A stretch of DNA of 63,396 nucleotides, the filler included, from Perkinsus chesapeaki ATCC PRA-425 (Eukaryota; Protista; Perkinsozoa), in NCBI GenBank assembly GCA_013115145.1. It is 8 parts of 8 records of this genome, joined end to end, with 100 filler letters (N's around TTAATTAATTAA, not from the genome) between each part and the next. Parts side by side here need not be neighbours in the genome. Positions count along the whole stretch, not along the records: positions 50,258 to 63,396 come from JAAPAO010000799.1; 7 more parts are not named here. One strand, given 5' to 3'. The position numbers and the translations under genes were made by a program. This document shows positions 50,158-63,396 of the stretch, one piece after another (within the stretch, counting starts at the first letter, position 1; the number at the start of each line of letters is the position of its first letter). The notes below the pieces were generated by a model. That model saw only the letters and a list, made by a program, of their open reading frames with translations. It ran no database searches and was not told the DNA's origin.

Positions 50158-50469
50158 NNNNNNNNNNNNNNNNNNNNNNNNNNNNNNNNNNNNNNNNNNN
50201 NTTAATTAATTAANNNNNNNNNNNNNNNNNNNNNNNNNNNNNNNNNNNNNNNNNNNNTCGATAATTTATGTTGGGCCGCCAGAAATTTTCTAAGATTCTA
50301 ATCTCTCAGGGGATAGGGCCCGTGCGCAGGCGAATCGTATACCAATGGAAAGAGCAACAAATTTCTGATCCAGTGCTACCGTTTTCATCCTCAGACTCGA
50401 TCTACATCACATTTAGATCGGCGCTGGACAATTTTTTTACCAAACTGTATAGTAATACTGTATATAGTT

Positions 50470-53400
50470 ATTATTCAGAGGTTATAGAACAACATCATCA
50501 TCAAATTATGAATTATCATATATTACTGCTGCTGCTGTGGCTGATGTTGATAAATGTATAATATCAGTTAATAGAGTTGGCTGGGGCATACAATCATCAA
50601 TAACATCATTATTATGGTGGACACAATTATATGATAATGATGAATTAGATAATAATGGTATATTAATAACATCATCATCATTAACAGTAACACATGCCAC
50701 GAGTAAACAATGTGCACAACGTCCACCTGAGACTAGTATATTTACTGGTAATAAAATAGGAGGAGGAGGAGGAGGAGGTGATAATAATAATAATAATATG
50801 ATAATATAATAATGTGATATTATTGTATAATATTATTATATAGATTCTTATATATCTAGACCATTAATATTAGATAGTAATAATGATGCTATTATACCTA
50901 GTATTGGTGGATGGGTAAATGGAGGTAAAACAATATCATTATGTTATTGTCCTAATTATGATAGTAAAGGTGGTGGAGGAGGACTAAGGTAGTAGGGTGG
51001 TGATGGTGGTAATAATAACAGTAATATATATTATATGTTGTTGTTGTATTATATTAGATGTGATACATATGATGATTATATACAACCTATAGGATATCTT
51101 TATATATATACTATTACTGTATGTGATGCAGGGGATGTTGAATGTTCTACTAGGTAATAATAATAACTATTCATTCATAATAACCGGAATAAGTTATTAT
51201 TAGATATCATTCTGTTATACCAATGCAAGAGTTCCTTATTCGTATTGAATGTCCTCCTGCTGGTGGATGTACAAGTAGTTCTAGTAATAACAACATTATA
51301 ACATATATATATACTTATTATTATTATTATATCAGATACTAATGATGATAATTCTCGTATTAAATTAATATATAATGATAATGATAATACTTTAAATAAT
51401 GTACCTAATTGGTCTCATGATTCACCTTGTAAGACAACTATATCATCATCAAGTAATAGTGGTGGATATACTATTGATAATGGTATATGGAGTGATATTA
51501 ATTATCGTTATGATGGTATTAATGCATTAGGAGGTGGTAATAGAGCTGATTATAAGTAATAATAACAACACTTAGTAGCTTATAATAACATATTATTATT
51601 AGAGTATGGTCATCCCCAAATACTAATCCATTAGGAGTAGTTGGTAATGGTAATGAATATATAATATGGTCACCTAGGTTAGCTATAACATTGGGGGAAA
51701 GGTTAATGGTATGTTATTGTAATGATAATTGTAATAATGGTAATTCATGGTTACAAGTTGGTTATATACATACTGTTACAGAGATTGGTTTATCTAATGT
51801 TAATATGTATTGTACATTATGTACAGCTAAATCACAATTAAAAATAATAAGATATGTTAATAAACCAGGGACTATAGTATTATATAGTGGTCATATAATA
51901 CCAAGACCACTACCTATCATTAATACGGAGTATAATAGCAAGCATATAGATGGTAGTGGTAGTATAGGGTATCATGATGAATATATATCAGCATTAGAAG
52001 GACCTAGATTTGCTGGTGAAATAACAATATTTAATGCTATATCATATGATGTTGAGATTAAATATCCTAATAGTGATGGTAAATTGGTAACATTAGAGGA
52101 AAGTGGTGGTTATCATGAAAAGATACCAAATAGGTTAACATGGCAACAAACATTAGATAATGCATGTCGATTAAAGGAATATAATAGTAATATATTATCT
52201 GGCATATCATCACAAGATCAAGCTAAACAATATGCTGGTATAAAACATTGTGCAGAGCCAATTACTGGCGCTACTAGAAGTAACTGTTATCATGATAATT
52301 ATTTACCATTTACAAGTGAATCTAATGATAAAACATTAAGAATATTGGTACCAGGGACAATTGTTGTGTGTTATTGTTCATATGTAGCATCATCATCTAA
52401 GGAATGTATTGATAATAAATATTGGTATGCTGGTAATATATTTCAAGTTAGAGGGTCCTATAAATATCCTGGAGGTGATATATTACATTGGGAAGTACCT
52501 ATTGGTAGATTATTTAATATTAATATTGGAAAAGGATGGGGTTTAGGAATACATAGACGTGATGGTATATATGGTGGTGGTGGTTATTATAATAATACTA
52601 ATAAATGGATACAGGACTATATACGTATATTACCACCTGGTGGTAGATGTATATCTAATGATTATAATCCTAGAGGCACTACCATTGGTTTAAAAGTAAT
52701 AATGATAATAATAATTAATGATAAAATATTATATATTGATAGGTTGATTGTCCATCTATGGATATTAATAATGGTTGTATGAATACTATATCTTATCATA
52801 ATATACCACTTATTACATATAGATCTAAAGATGATATTACCTTACCTAGAATAGTTAAGGTAAATGATGATGTACTTAGTATTAAGTATTGCTCTTGTTG
52901 CTCTTGTTGCTCTGTAGATTGATGCCTCTGGTATCGGTCATACTATATTATATTTTAATGGTAGTATTAATAATATTATCAGTACAGGTGATCAGATATT
53001 ACTTGATCCTGATACTATAACAATTGGTGGTAAAGCATCTATAGCATCATCATCAAGTACATCATCATCATCAAGTAGTAGTGGTGTATTATATAGTACC
53101 CATCATACAGCAATAGAAAGATGGAAAATATATAAATTAGCTGGCAGAGGACCATACGCTAATATAATGAAAGATATGTTGGAAGAAGAGGTGAATAATA
53201 ATAATATACAAGAAAGCTTTAATAGTATGGCTCATTATTGTGGTATTAATACTGATTGTAATCAACATATAACAGGCAATAAAGTAATACATTGTTGTTA
53301 ATAAGTAGTAGTAGTAGTATTGGTATCGTTGTTAGTAGTAGTATTGGTATCGTTGTTGGTAGTAGTATTGGTATCGTTGTTAGTAGTAGTANNNNNNNNN

Positions 53401-54540
53401 NNNNNNNNNNNNNNNNNNNNNNNNNNNNNNNNNNNNNNNNNNNNNNNNNNNNNNNNNNNNNNNNNNNNNNNNNNNNNNNNNNNNNNNNNNATTGGTATCG
53501 TTGTTGGTAGTAGTATTGGTATCGTTGTTGGTAGTAGTATTGGTATCGTTGTTGGTAGTAGTATTGGTATCGTTGTTGTAGTAGTAGTATTGGTATCGTT
53601 GTTGGTAGTAGTATTGGTATCGTTGTTGTTGTTGTTGTTGTTGTTGGTATCGTTGTTGTTGTTTTTGGTAGGTAAGTGTATTATCACATAATTCTGTAAG
53701 TATACCTATTGGATTTGGTCCAATTGATCCAATATTCTCATTTAATATAAGTGGTATATATCCATCGTATGGTCATTGGGAAATACATAGTAAAGCATGG
53801 ACTAATAATAATATAAAAGCAACAAGATCATTACAAGATTTGGTTATGTGTTGGGGGACAGTAGATGATGAAGATGAAGAGCAGCAGCAGCAGGATGAGG
53901 AGCATGGTGGGGATAATATTATTAGGTAATAGTAATATTGAAGATAATGAACAGGAGAACGTTATTCTAATAATATTCGAATTTTAGTAAGCAGCATCAT
54001 CATCTTGAATAATTTATTACGAGGTAGAAGTACTCGACTTGGTCGAGTAATGATGAATTAAATATTCTACATTCCCTCCCTCCCTCCCTCCCTCCTGCCT
54101 CCTCCTCCTCCTCCTTTCCCTTATTTATATTATTATTATTAGATATTATTCCCAAATAGGAACACTTACACTTAAAGATCCACCTAATATGGCATCTGCT
54201 AAGCTGTTCTTGAGTAGTAGTATGGAAGGTGCTATATCACCAGCTGTAATATTGTTAATAAGGTTATTGTGAGGTTAACTGTTTCTGCTGCTGATACTGA
54301 TTATTATTATTAGGTTATTAGTTTTACACCATTACATGCTAATGATGCTTTAAGTCATAAATTAAAATACAATAAAGCAAGTTATCAACTTAGAATAGTA
54401 TTTACTAATATTGATGTATTAGAGCCATATATTAATAGTAATAATAATACTAGTAACAAATAATAATAATAATTATCATATTGTACATGTAGGTAATATG
54501 TCACCATTATTAGCAAAGGAATGGTATAATCAAAGTATAA

Positions 54541-54581
<41 letters not shown>

Positions 54582-57500
54582 CATAGTAATAATACAGGAG
54601 GATCAATAATTAATGGTACCACCACTATACCACAATCTATGCTGGGATCATTATCATGGGAGGATAATATTATATCAGCAACTAGTAATATGTCAATACC
54701 ATTACCAAGGGATAAAGAAGTAGTAGTGGTATTGATAATACTAATACTAGTTATTAATAGTTATAGTGAAATAGGTATCACCATCTGAAGCATCTTTGAG
54801 TGTATGTGGTGATATATTTACTCATTTATGGTCATCAGCAACATTAACTGGTTTTCCCATACCATCTGGTGGATGTTATTATACTAAAAGGTAGTAATAC
54901 TACTTAGTATATTATTATAATTAGAGTAGTAGGGTATTATTATTATTAGTTATTATGATATACCACCTCATATCACATCAATTGAATCTGAAGATAAAAC
55001 ACTTCATAGAGAATATGTTATAAAATTCCATCAAACTCATGATGATGATAATGAGCCACTTGAGGAGGTATACGATTATCAACAAGGAGGAGGAGGAGGA
55101 GCATTATTGAGGGATAAATGTGAAGGAATAGATGGTATTGTTAATGACTGCCATTATCAAATAAGTTTTAATGTTAAAGTAATAGTATTGGTGGTTATAA
55201 GTATTATATTACCACCGCCTCCGCCTCCCTCCGCTACTGCTGTTGCTGCTGTTGATCTAGGTATCACAAAGAATAGTATCAGGGGAATCGTATGTATATT
55301 TATATTATGAATGTATTGATGATACATGTGGGGTAGGTGATGATATATATATTAAAGGAGGAGATATGTAATACGTATAATAATAATACTGTATAATAGA
55401 TATGTATTATTAATACTAGATATAAAGTATTCGACTATAGTCCAGCAGAGACATCAATAATAACACATTCTACTTCCTCATCATTATCATCTAATACACC
55501 TGATGATGATAATAACAATGCTAGATGGGACATGCATCTAGGTAGTATTGATGATTTTGAATATAGTATTATAATATATTATTATTAGGTGGAGGTATTA
55601 CAATACTTGGTACAGATAATGATGTAAATGATGGTGTATTAAATCTTACTCACCAAATCTCATCATCATCATCAACTAGTAGAGGGTCTATTACAGTAGC
55701 ATCATCAACTAGAATATATGCAATTATTATTATTAATATGTCAGTTTAATATTGCCGGTAGTAATATAAAACATGATACAAAGCTAAATATTCATCTTTG
55801 GCCATTAATTGGTCATTGGAATCTATCAAATGGTCATTGTAAAATAATATGCAATATGATGATAGTACCATACAACAACAACATTACTAATGATAGCAGT
55901 AGCAGCAGGAATAATAGTTGTGGGAATCCTACTTGTAATATTAATAATAGAGATATTATAATTAATATAATAATAGGTGAATATTATTCACTTACTGAAT
56001 ACACTGGTAATAATGCTATATCAATAAGTTTCGATGAGGTTATGCCAACAATACAACTAAATAATACATGTAACATCACAATATATGATTTACCATTACC
56101 AACGTAATAAGTCGGGTCTATACATCAAAGGTAGTGAGTAGATGTTGCTATAATATTGACCCCGGCCCGATTCGAACGGACAACCTTCTGATCTGGAGTC
56201 AGATGCGCTACCGTTGCGCCACAGGGCCTAATAGTGGTTAAGGTTATCCCTCCTGACGGTTTGATTATTATTATTATTATTTTTATGTTATACTCATCTT
56301 CTATGTTGTATAACTACTCAGATTTACTGGACTATTTCCAACTCGTATTGCGGCAGAGCTTCGTAACATTAATGATGAGTATCCAGATTATATAACATCA
56401 AAAGGTGCTACTGCTCCTGCTGCTGCTGTTTTACTAAGATAGATGATGTATCTTTATTATTAATAGAAGGTTATTACTCTTAATAGGTTTATTATACTTA
56501 CAACCGATACCTTTGCTATTATCATCATATCCTATTACTAATACAGTATTATCATCTAATGCTATTGGAAGTATATTAAAATGGGGTATTGGTAATTATG
56601 GTAGCAAACCATTTGAATATGATAGAAATAATCAACTATATGTAATTGTATCAACTACTCTATTATTATATATGATTACTATGATTATTATTAGGTAAGA
56701 TTAAGAATACCTTATACTATACATGAACCATTATCAAATGATGATGGTGATGGTGATGATAAAGAATCATTATTATTATTATCTAGAGCCAGTATAGAAA
56801 TAAGACTACCTAAAGGATATGCATGTAATATAGAATAAATAATAATAATGAAAAATAAATAGTAGTAGTTTAATAATATACAATGTATCACAGGTTCAAT
56901 TAGTAATAATGGTTATCATCACGACCTCAAGGATCCTATACCTAATATATTTACTGATGATTATGGTGGGATTGATAATGAACATTATTTAACTTATTTA
57001 CCTTCTAATGGTGGTATATGGAGTAGTAATGTGAGTAGCTCTTGTTGTAGTCATATATGCAAGTAATTATAATAATAAGTAGTAGTAGTAGTAGTTGAAT
57101 AATAATAATAATAATATAGTATATATAGTAGTATTATTATTTTTGTATAAGGTATACCTTTAATTATGGTACAATATTATTCGGTGGAACAATAATATAT
57201 ATACCAATATCAGTACGTAATCCAATAAATGCATTGTCTAAGGTTATAATAATAATAACATTCTTATTATTAACTAATATTATTCATATTTAGTCATCAT
57301 CATCTAATATATGGTACGTTACATTCACTCCATCAACACGACTATTATACAATATCCAACTACCCTTCTATTATAACAATAATAATCAATCAACAACAAG
57401 AATACTACCACCACCACAATCTTATCACTATCAATTCTCTAGTATACCATTTCTACCATTGCAGTATGAAGATGATATATTTGGAGGAAATGTGGTATGA

Positions 57501-60500
57501 AATGTACCCAACTATTTACCAATAAAACGTGTATAATTATATTATTATTATTATCACCCTGTTGTTAGGGTGTTATACAAAGTACACCATATGCAGTTAT
57601 ACAACCATTATATTCGAATGGATATACTATTGGTGAAATGCATAATAAATTAGGTATATTCTTTGAAGTAGTAATAGTTCAATAGCAGCAGCAGCAGCTA
57701 TATTAGTATTAGATTGTATATATTATGTATACATTATTATTAGGTTAAATCAACATTAATAGGGAATAATAGTACAATAATACTAGAAGCACCTAATGGT
57801 TTCAGCTTTACTAATCCCTGCTATATTGATAAAATACCAGATAGGTAAGAAACATATAGGCCATAACAACATAATAATAATAATGTTAAGTTAATACTAT
57901 CATCATCATTTAAAAGGTATATAACACGAGATAATTATGATGATAGTACATCCCAAATACCTGGTAAAATTGAATGCACATCACAGAAAAGGAGTTATTA
58001 TATTAATAAACTATACAATAATAATATTGATGGATATAATAATGAGGATACGACATCATCAGTTGCAATTATAAAGGTATAATAACAATATGACCTTATC
58101 ATCATCATCCTCCTACTACTATTCATACTAGCATGACCTGCTGCTGCCACTACTACCCATTGCCCAGCTCCGTAGCAGCAGTATTATTATTACTAGGTAT
58201 CTGGACTAATAGAAGGTAACTATGCACGGTATGCTTTTACTATTAACGTATCAAATCCCAATATATGGTCTGTTTATCAACAATATCAATGGCGTTTATA
58301 TATTGCTGATAGAAGTAATATGTATCATATCATTACTAGTATTATACTATTAATTATTATAGATAATTATATAATAGAGGGTACACCATGGCCAATACCG
58401 CATATATGGGAATGGTATAGGAGGCGAAGAAGAAGAACAAGAATAACTACTGAAGACCACCATCTAGTAGATTACTATCCAACACCATCTAGATTATTAC
58501 CATCAACATCATCAAAGATAGTTATTAATGATTATTATAGGCATTCGTGGGGGTTATATGAACGTAATAAAATTATATAACATCATAATTCAGTTTCTTG
58601 TTACTTTACTCCCCCCCTCTTCAGGTGTCCTTGTTGATCTCTTGACTAAATCTCAATATATACAAGATGATCAAGATGCTATGGTATTATTATTATAACT
58701 ATTAATATTATAAACTATTATTAGTATTAGTATTATTATCGATTATTATTAGTTACCATATAACTATCGTGGTGGCATATCAACTACTATATCTATTTAT
58801 CCAATAATAATAACGTCTAATATCGATACTCAGACCACAATACGCGTTACAGCACCATCTGGTTACATTTGGGAATTTCAACAAGATAATACTGATATAA
58901 CAGCAGCAGCACGTTACAAAACTCCACCACCTTCTTCTTCCGATCATCATCATAATGGAGTAGTAGTAGGTATAGAAGGTATACCAGGCCCTCCACCTAT
59001 CATACATAATACACGTCAACTTATATGGAAGTCCGTTACATTAGAAACTGGTATACCTTATGGATTTAGTCATAAAATAAGAATACCAGATAATGAGCCA
59101 ATAGATGGTATTAATAATTATATTATTGAGATTGGTTATTATTATGATAATGATATTAATAATGTTAGCATATTAAATAATCGTCGTAGACATGGTATAG
59201 CTGTTATGGATGCTGGATCAATACGAAGTATTAAAAATATGTATATTGATTATCTAACTGATGTCGCATCATATCCTAATAATCATATTAATATAATATT
59301 TACCTTAACAACACCACTACCGCCTGGTAGTGGTATAATAATAAGAGCTAATAGTTTAGCTAAAGGTATCATTATTATTGATCAAGGATTGGGAATGACT
59401 TCTGATGACAATGATATCTACTCCCATCACCAGCAGCAGCAGATTAATAGTATATGTAATCCTATTATTCAACAAGAAGTAGATAAGCGTAAATATATAA
59501 CATTACCTTCCGGCGTCGTTCAATGCGAGTAAGTCATAGTTATATATGATGATGATGATTGGTGATGATTCTAGGATTGTATCACAAATAGAGCAATTAC
59601 GATGGGCACCACGAAGAACAGTAGGTTATATTGTTAATCAACAACAACAAGACGATGATGATGATGATGAGGATGATAACGTATTTGGTGTTATTATATT
59701 ATTAAAAATAGTAGATAAGAGTAAAGCAGCAGCAACAACAGCAGGTTTAATAGCTGATAATGATGGTGTTGCAGCAACAACAACAATGCATGCTGGAACG
59801 TAGGATATTATCATCATAATAAGTGTAACAATAATCTTTATAGATATAAAATAGGATTTAAATGTAAGAATCCAGATGAACTTACTAATGGTAAGGAAAT
59901 TAAATGGACTATAGAAAGGTATTATTAATGTATTATATTCAATAATAATACTACTACTACTACCTATCAGTTATTTTAATATTGATGCTTATCCCATAGG
60001 AGGAGCATCAATTGCTGATACTAAAGCTGTAGCCTATGGTTTACCAATAAATGCAGAAATGGGTAACATGACACATATTATTAATGATCCTAAGATATTA
60101 AGTACTATATACTGTAATATTATATGATTAAATAGTAATATTATTAGATACAAGAATTAGAGCAATTACTGGTAGAGATGATAGACCTGGTAAACGAAAT
60201 TCAATAATAATAGCATTTAATATTGCACCAGGATTGGGCATTGAACCATCTATAGTATTATTATTAATAATAACATAAATAATATTAATAATATTTATAG
60301 ACTCAACCATCAATACTAATTATAAAGGCACCAATTGGTTTCATATTCTCCGAAGATTGCTCACAAGATGTTATACTTGATTCATCGTTAGTATTTGGTG
60401 ATGAAAAGTAAGATAATAATAATAATGATAATACGCATCATTAATAGTAGTTATTGGCCGACATCATCATCATCATTATTATATATAAGATTACCTGGTA

Positions 60501-63396
60501 GTAGTAATAGTAGTATATTAGAATGTAGAGGTGAAGATAATACTATATCAATAACTCTGAGTGAAGGAACCTTAATAGCATTGTATAATAATAATGAAAT
60601 GTATGTAATTGATTATTATAATATTATTATTAATACGTATATTATTTAATATGTTGTAATAGGTATGTTATACGCATTGTTATAAAAGAGAATCCATCTA
60701 CTATTATACCATCATATCTTAATTTATGGATTATATCATTGAAAGGTATACTAATAATAAATTTCAATGAAGGTATTCATATTTATATTTATTATTATAA
60801 ATAGGTAAACAAAGCTCTTTACCATTTATTGGTTTTAATCTTGATACTTTCATGAATGTAACATTATCTAGTGCATCTAGTGCTGCTACATTACTAAGAC
60901 CAGGAACATCTCTTACTGGAATTAAAAAGGTATTATCACATATTACCACCAGCACCAGCAGCATTATTATTATTATGTAAAATGGTAATACAGTAGGTTC
61001 TAATACGTTTAATATTTACTCCTACTAACACCATTACACCATATGAAGGTAACCCTTTATTAGGGGCTATAGATAGTACTCATTTCAATACTCTATCTGA
61101 TAAAGAAGGTGGTGGGATACTAAAGATAACAACACCGCCAGAGTAATAAAATGCTTAATGTTATATATAGTATTATTATAATATATAGATTCTCATGGGC
61201 TAGTGGTCTGACAGGAGGGGACACTTGTCCATCTATAACATCATCATTATCAGTAACTGCTGCTGCTGCTGATAATACTATTGATAATATTGAAAGCAAT
61301 GATGATGCTAATACAACAATGACTAGAAGTATTAATGATGAAGATAGTATAACTTTGAGACCATATACTGACTATATATGTGATATAACTACTGATGGTA
61401 GAGTTATTACCTTAATATTAATTGGGGAAAGGAATATTTATGCTAATATGAAGTATTTATTATTACCATTAAGAAGTAGTAGTAGTATATTATTATAATT
61501 ATTTAGATATGTATTGAGAGGATATATTTATCATCCATATACACCAGTAAAGGATCCTTCATTATTAAAATGGACTATACAGTCCTATTCATCATCATCA
61601 TCAATTAGTGATAATGCTGTATTAGACGCTGCTGCTGCACCAGGACAGCATGAAGAGGAACGAGAAGCATTGGATGAAATTATTATAGATGGTTATGATA
61701 TAAATGAGGTATAATTAATATACTAATTGTTGTTGATAATAATAATAGTAATATAACTATTATGATTAGGCACTAGTATCATTTAAAGTTAATAATGTTA
61801 ATTATGAGTTTAATGGTAAAGCTAAAGTTAAAGGTATAACAATAAGTATAACATTTACACAAGCCCTCAGAGACGGTGATTTAGTAGGAAATAGCAATAA
61901 TAATATTAGTTATAGTAATTACTTATTATTAGATAAATATAACATTGCCCATCGGATATGATCCGAGAGAACAACAGACAGCAGCAGAAGCAGCAGAAGC
62001 AGCAGTTGATATGTTAGATAATAGTGGATCAATAAATAACAGATGTTTTGAAATAACTTGGCCTAGTGGTACAAATCCACTGCCCAACTCTGGTCAACCA
62101 TCATGTTATTGTTATAATACAATAACAACAACATCATCATCATCAGCCGCAGCAGCAGCAATAACAACATCATCATTTTTACAGTGCACAATGGTAAGAT
62201 GATATTTTTAACATACTCTCTTAGTTTTTTAGTATTATTATTATTATTAATGTTATTGTTAATATTTGGTTTTAGACCTTTAAAGTTGGAGAATATAAGA
62301 CACCTGCCTTCCCTGCCAATGAGCCTATATTATTGGTTACTACAGTTATCAATCCAATAAAGGTAAAAAGTAGTATACTAGATAATATTGTCTTATGTTA
62401 ATAATTATTACTATAGAGCCCTGATGAAGAAATGGATAACTATTGGCTTGCAAGACATGTTCGTAGTGGTATTATATTAAGTTCGGAAGTTGATAAGAGT
62501 TGGGATATATTACCACAATTATTAAACCTTGAAATACAATTACTTGGACCGTAAGATATTATCATTATTAGTGCGATTATGTTATATGGTGGTATAGTTG
62601 CTATTATATTGCTATATAGGTATTTATCTGCTGGTAAACGGTCTAATATAAGAATATCATTTACCCCAGTATCAACAGCTAATATGCTAGATATGGAAGC
62701 GTTATTTCCTCCTGGGATGGCATTTGATAGGGCAATAATTACACAGTATTATAGGGATCCAAAGATTGGGTATACTACAGATAATGATGATTGGGGGTAA
62801 TAGAATTATTATTGTTATTATTATTGAATGAGTATGTTAGACTAATAATTATTATTTATAATAATAGGTTGAGTATATTAGACTAATAATTATTATTTAT
62901 AATAATAGGTTGAGTATATTAGACTAATAATTATTATTTATAATAATAGGTTGAGTATATTAGACTCTCACACTATTGGATCTAAAATAGCATTTATTGA
63001 TGTGGATTTACAACCAGGAAGGAGTATATCAATTACATTAAGTAATGTTTTATTATCTTCAATTGGTGGTCAAACTATATTTACACTTACAACATATACT
63101 GGTAGTAGTAGTTATAATAATATGCATTATTATTCTATATTAGTATTTGCATTTAGGATCGGATATAAGTGTCGAAAATATGAGAGATGAGAAAGTGGCA
63201 TTCAGAGGAGGTTATTTCCAAGCTGGTTCACTTACTGTAACATCTGCTATTATGATCAGTTATTATTATATAATAATAAACTAAATGATGAATATGTAGT
63301 TTATAATTATTAATATGTATTAGGTAAATATAGTGCAATATCATCATTAGTGGACGATGATAACAATATGTATGAAGTTGAAAGATATATGGCACC
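50470..63396 (+). CDS. AT-rich multi-exon giant Cys-rich repeat protein, partial
   Basis: LMVCYCNDNC, IVVCYCS, FNINIGKGWGL...DYIRILPPGGRC, and recurring xxPxG(F/Y) modules (LEAPNGFSF, VTAPSGYIW, RLPKGYAC, LFPPGMAF). Many short AT-rich GT-AG introns. Confidence 0.6.
53300..53660. repeat. 24-bp compound microsatellite (GTA/GTT-rich) spanning an N gap
   Basis: attggtatcgttgttggtagtagt units on both sides of the gap 53392-53490. Confidence 0.9.
56157..56228 (-). tRNA. tRNA-Trp(CCA), intronic and antisense to the host gene
   Basis: GGCCCTG acceptor pairs with CGGGGTC; D-arm TGGCGCAACGGTAGCGC; anticodon arm TCTGA-CTCCAGA-TCAGA; T-arm GTCCG-TTCGAAT-CGGGC; discriminator A. Confidence 0.92.
62828..62966 (+). 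repeat. 41-bp tandem repeat duplicating an intron-exon acceptor junction
   Basis: ttgagtatattagactaataattattatttataataatagg starts at 62869 and 62910, with a degenerate copy at 62828 and a partial copy at 62951. Confidence 0.88.

Noticed and set aside
53292-53691. Long low-complexity ORFs (poly-Thr/Asn/Val) on both strands
   Set aside because: Translations of a microsatellite spanning an N gap.

Overview
Eukaryotic, intron-rich protist DNA. The gene content, short GT-AG introns and subtilisin/retroelement style suggest a Perkinsus-like alveolate (inference). The window is not one continuous locus: it is eight contigs joined by an artificial 100-bp N44-TTAATTAATTAA-N44 linker, plus two ordinary N gaps. 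Host genes: a multi-exon formin (FH1+FH2), P450 and subtilisin remnants, a ULK4/RUNKEL-type kinase, the 5' part of an axonemal dynein heavy chain, two pieces of a giant Cys-rich repeat protein (one normal-GC, one very AT-rich), an intact tRNA-Trp(CCA) and a half tRNA-Leu. Mobile DNA is dense: a 5'-truncated RNase H LINE with an 11-bp TSD, at least four LTR retrotransposons (one complete, with identical 117-bp LTRs, iMet PBS and a -1 frameshift signal) and a TIR element of about 930 bp. Two signals stand out. (1) tRNA-like modules (T-arm/B-box, acceptor strand, oligo-T terminator) repeatedly form the splice signals of spliceosomal introns in two unrelated genes, and two 46-47-nt formin introns consist entirely of an antisense tRNA 3' half; this suggests tRNA-derived intron generation. 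(2) The LTR elements combine BEL/Pao-like RT/RNase H with Ty3/Gypsy-like integrase. All calls are by eye; no searches were run.
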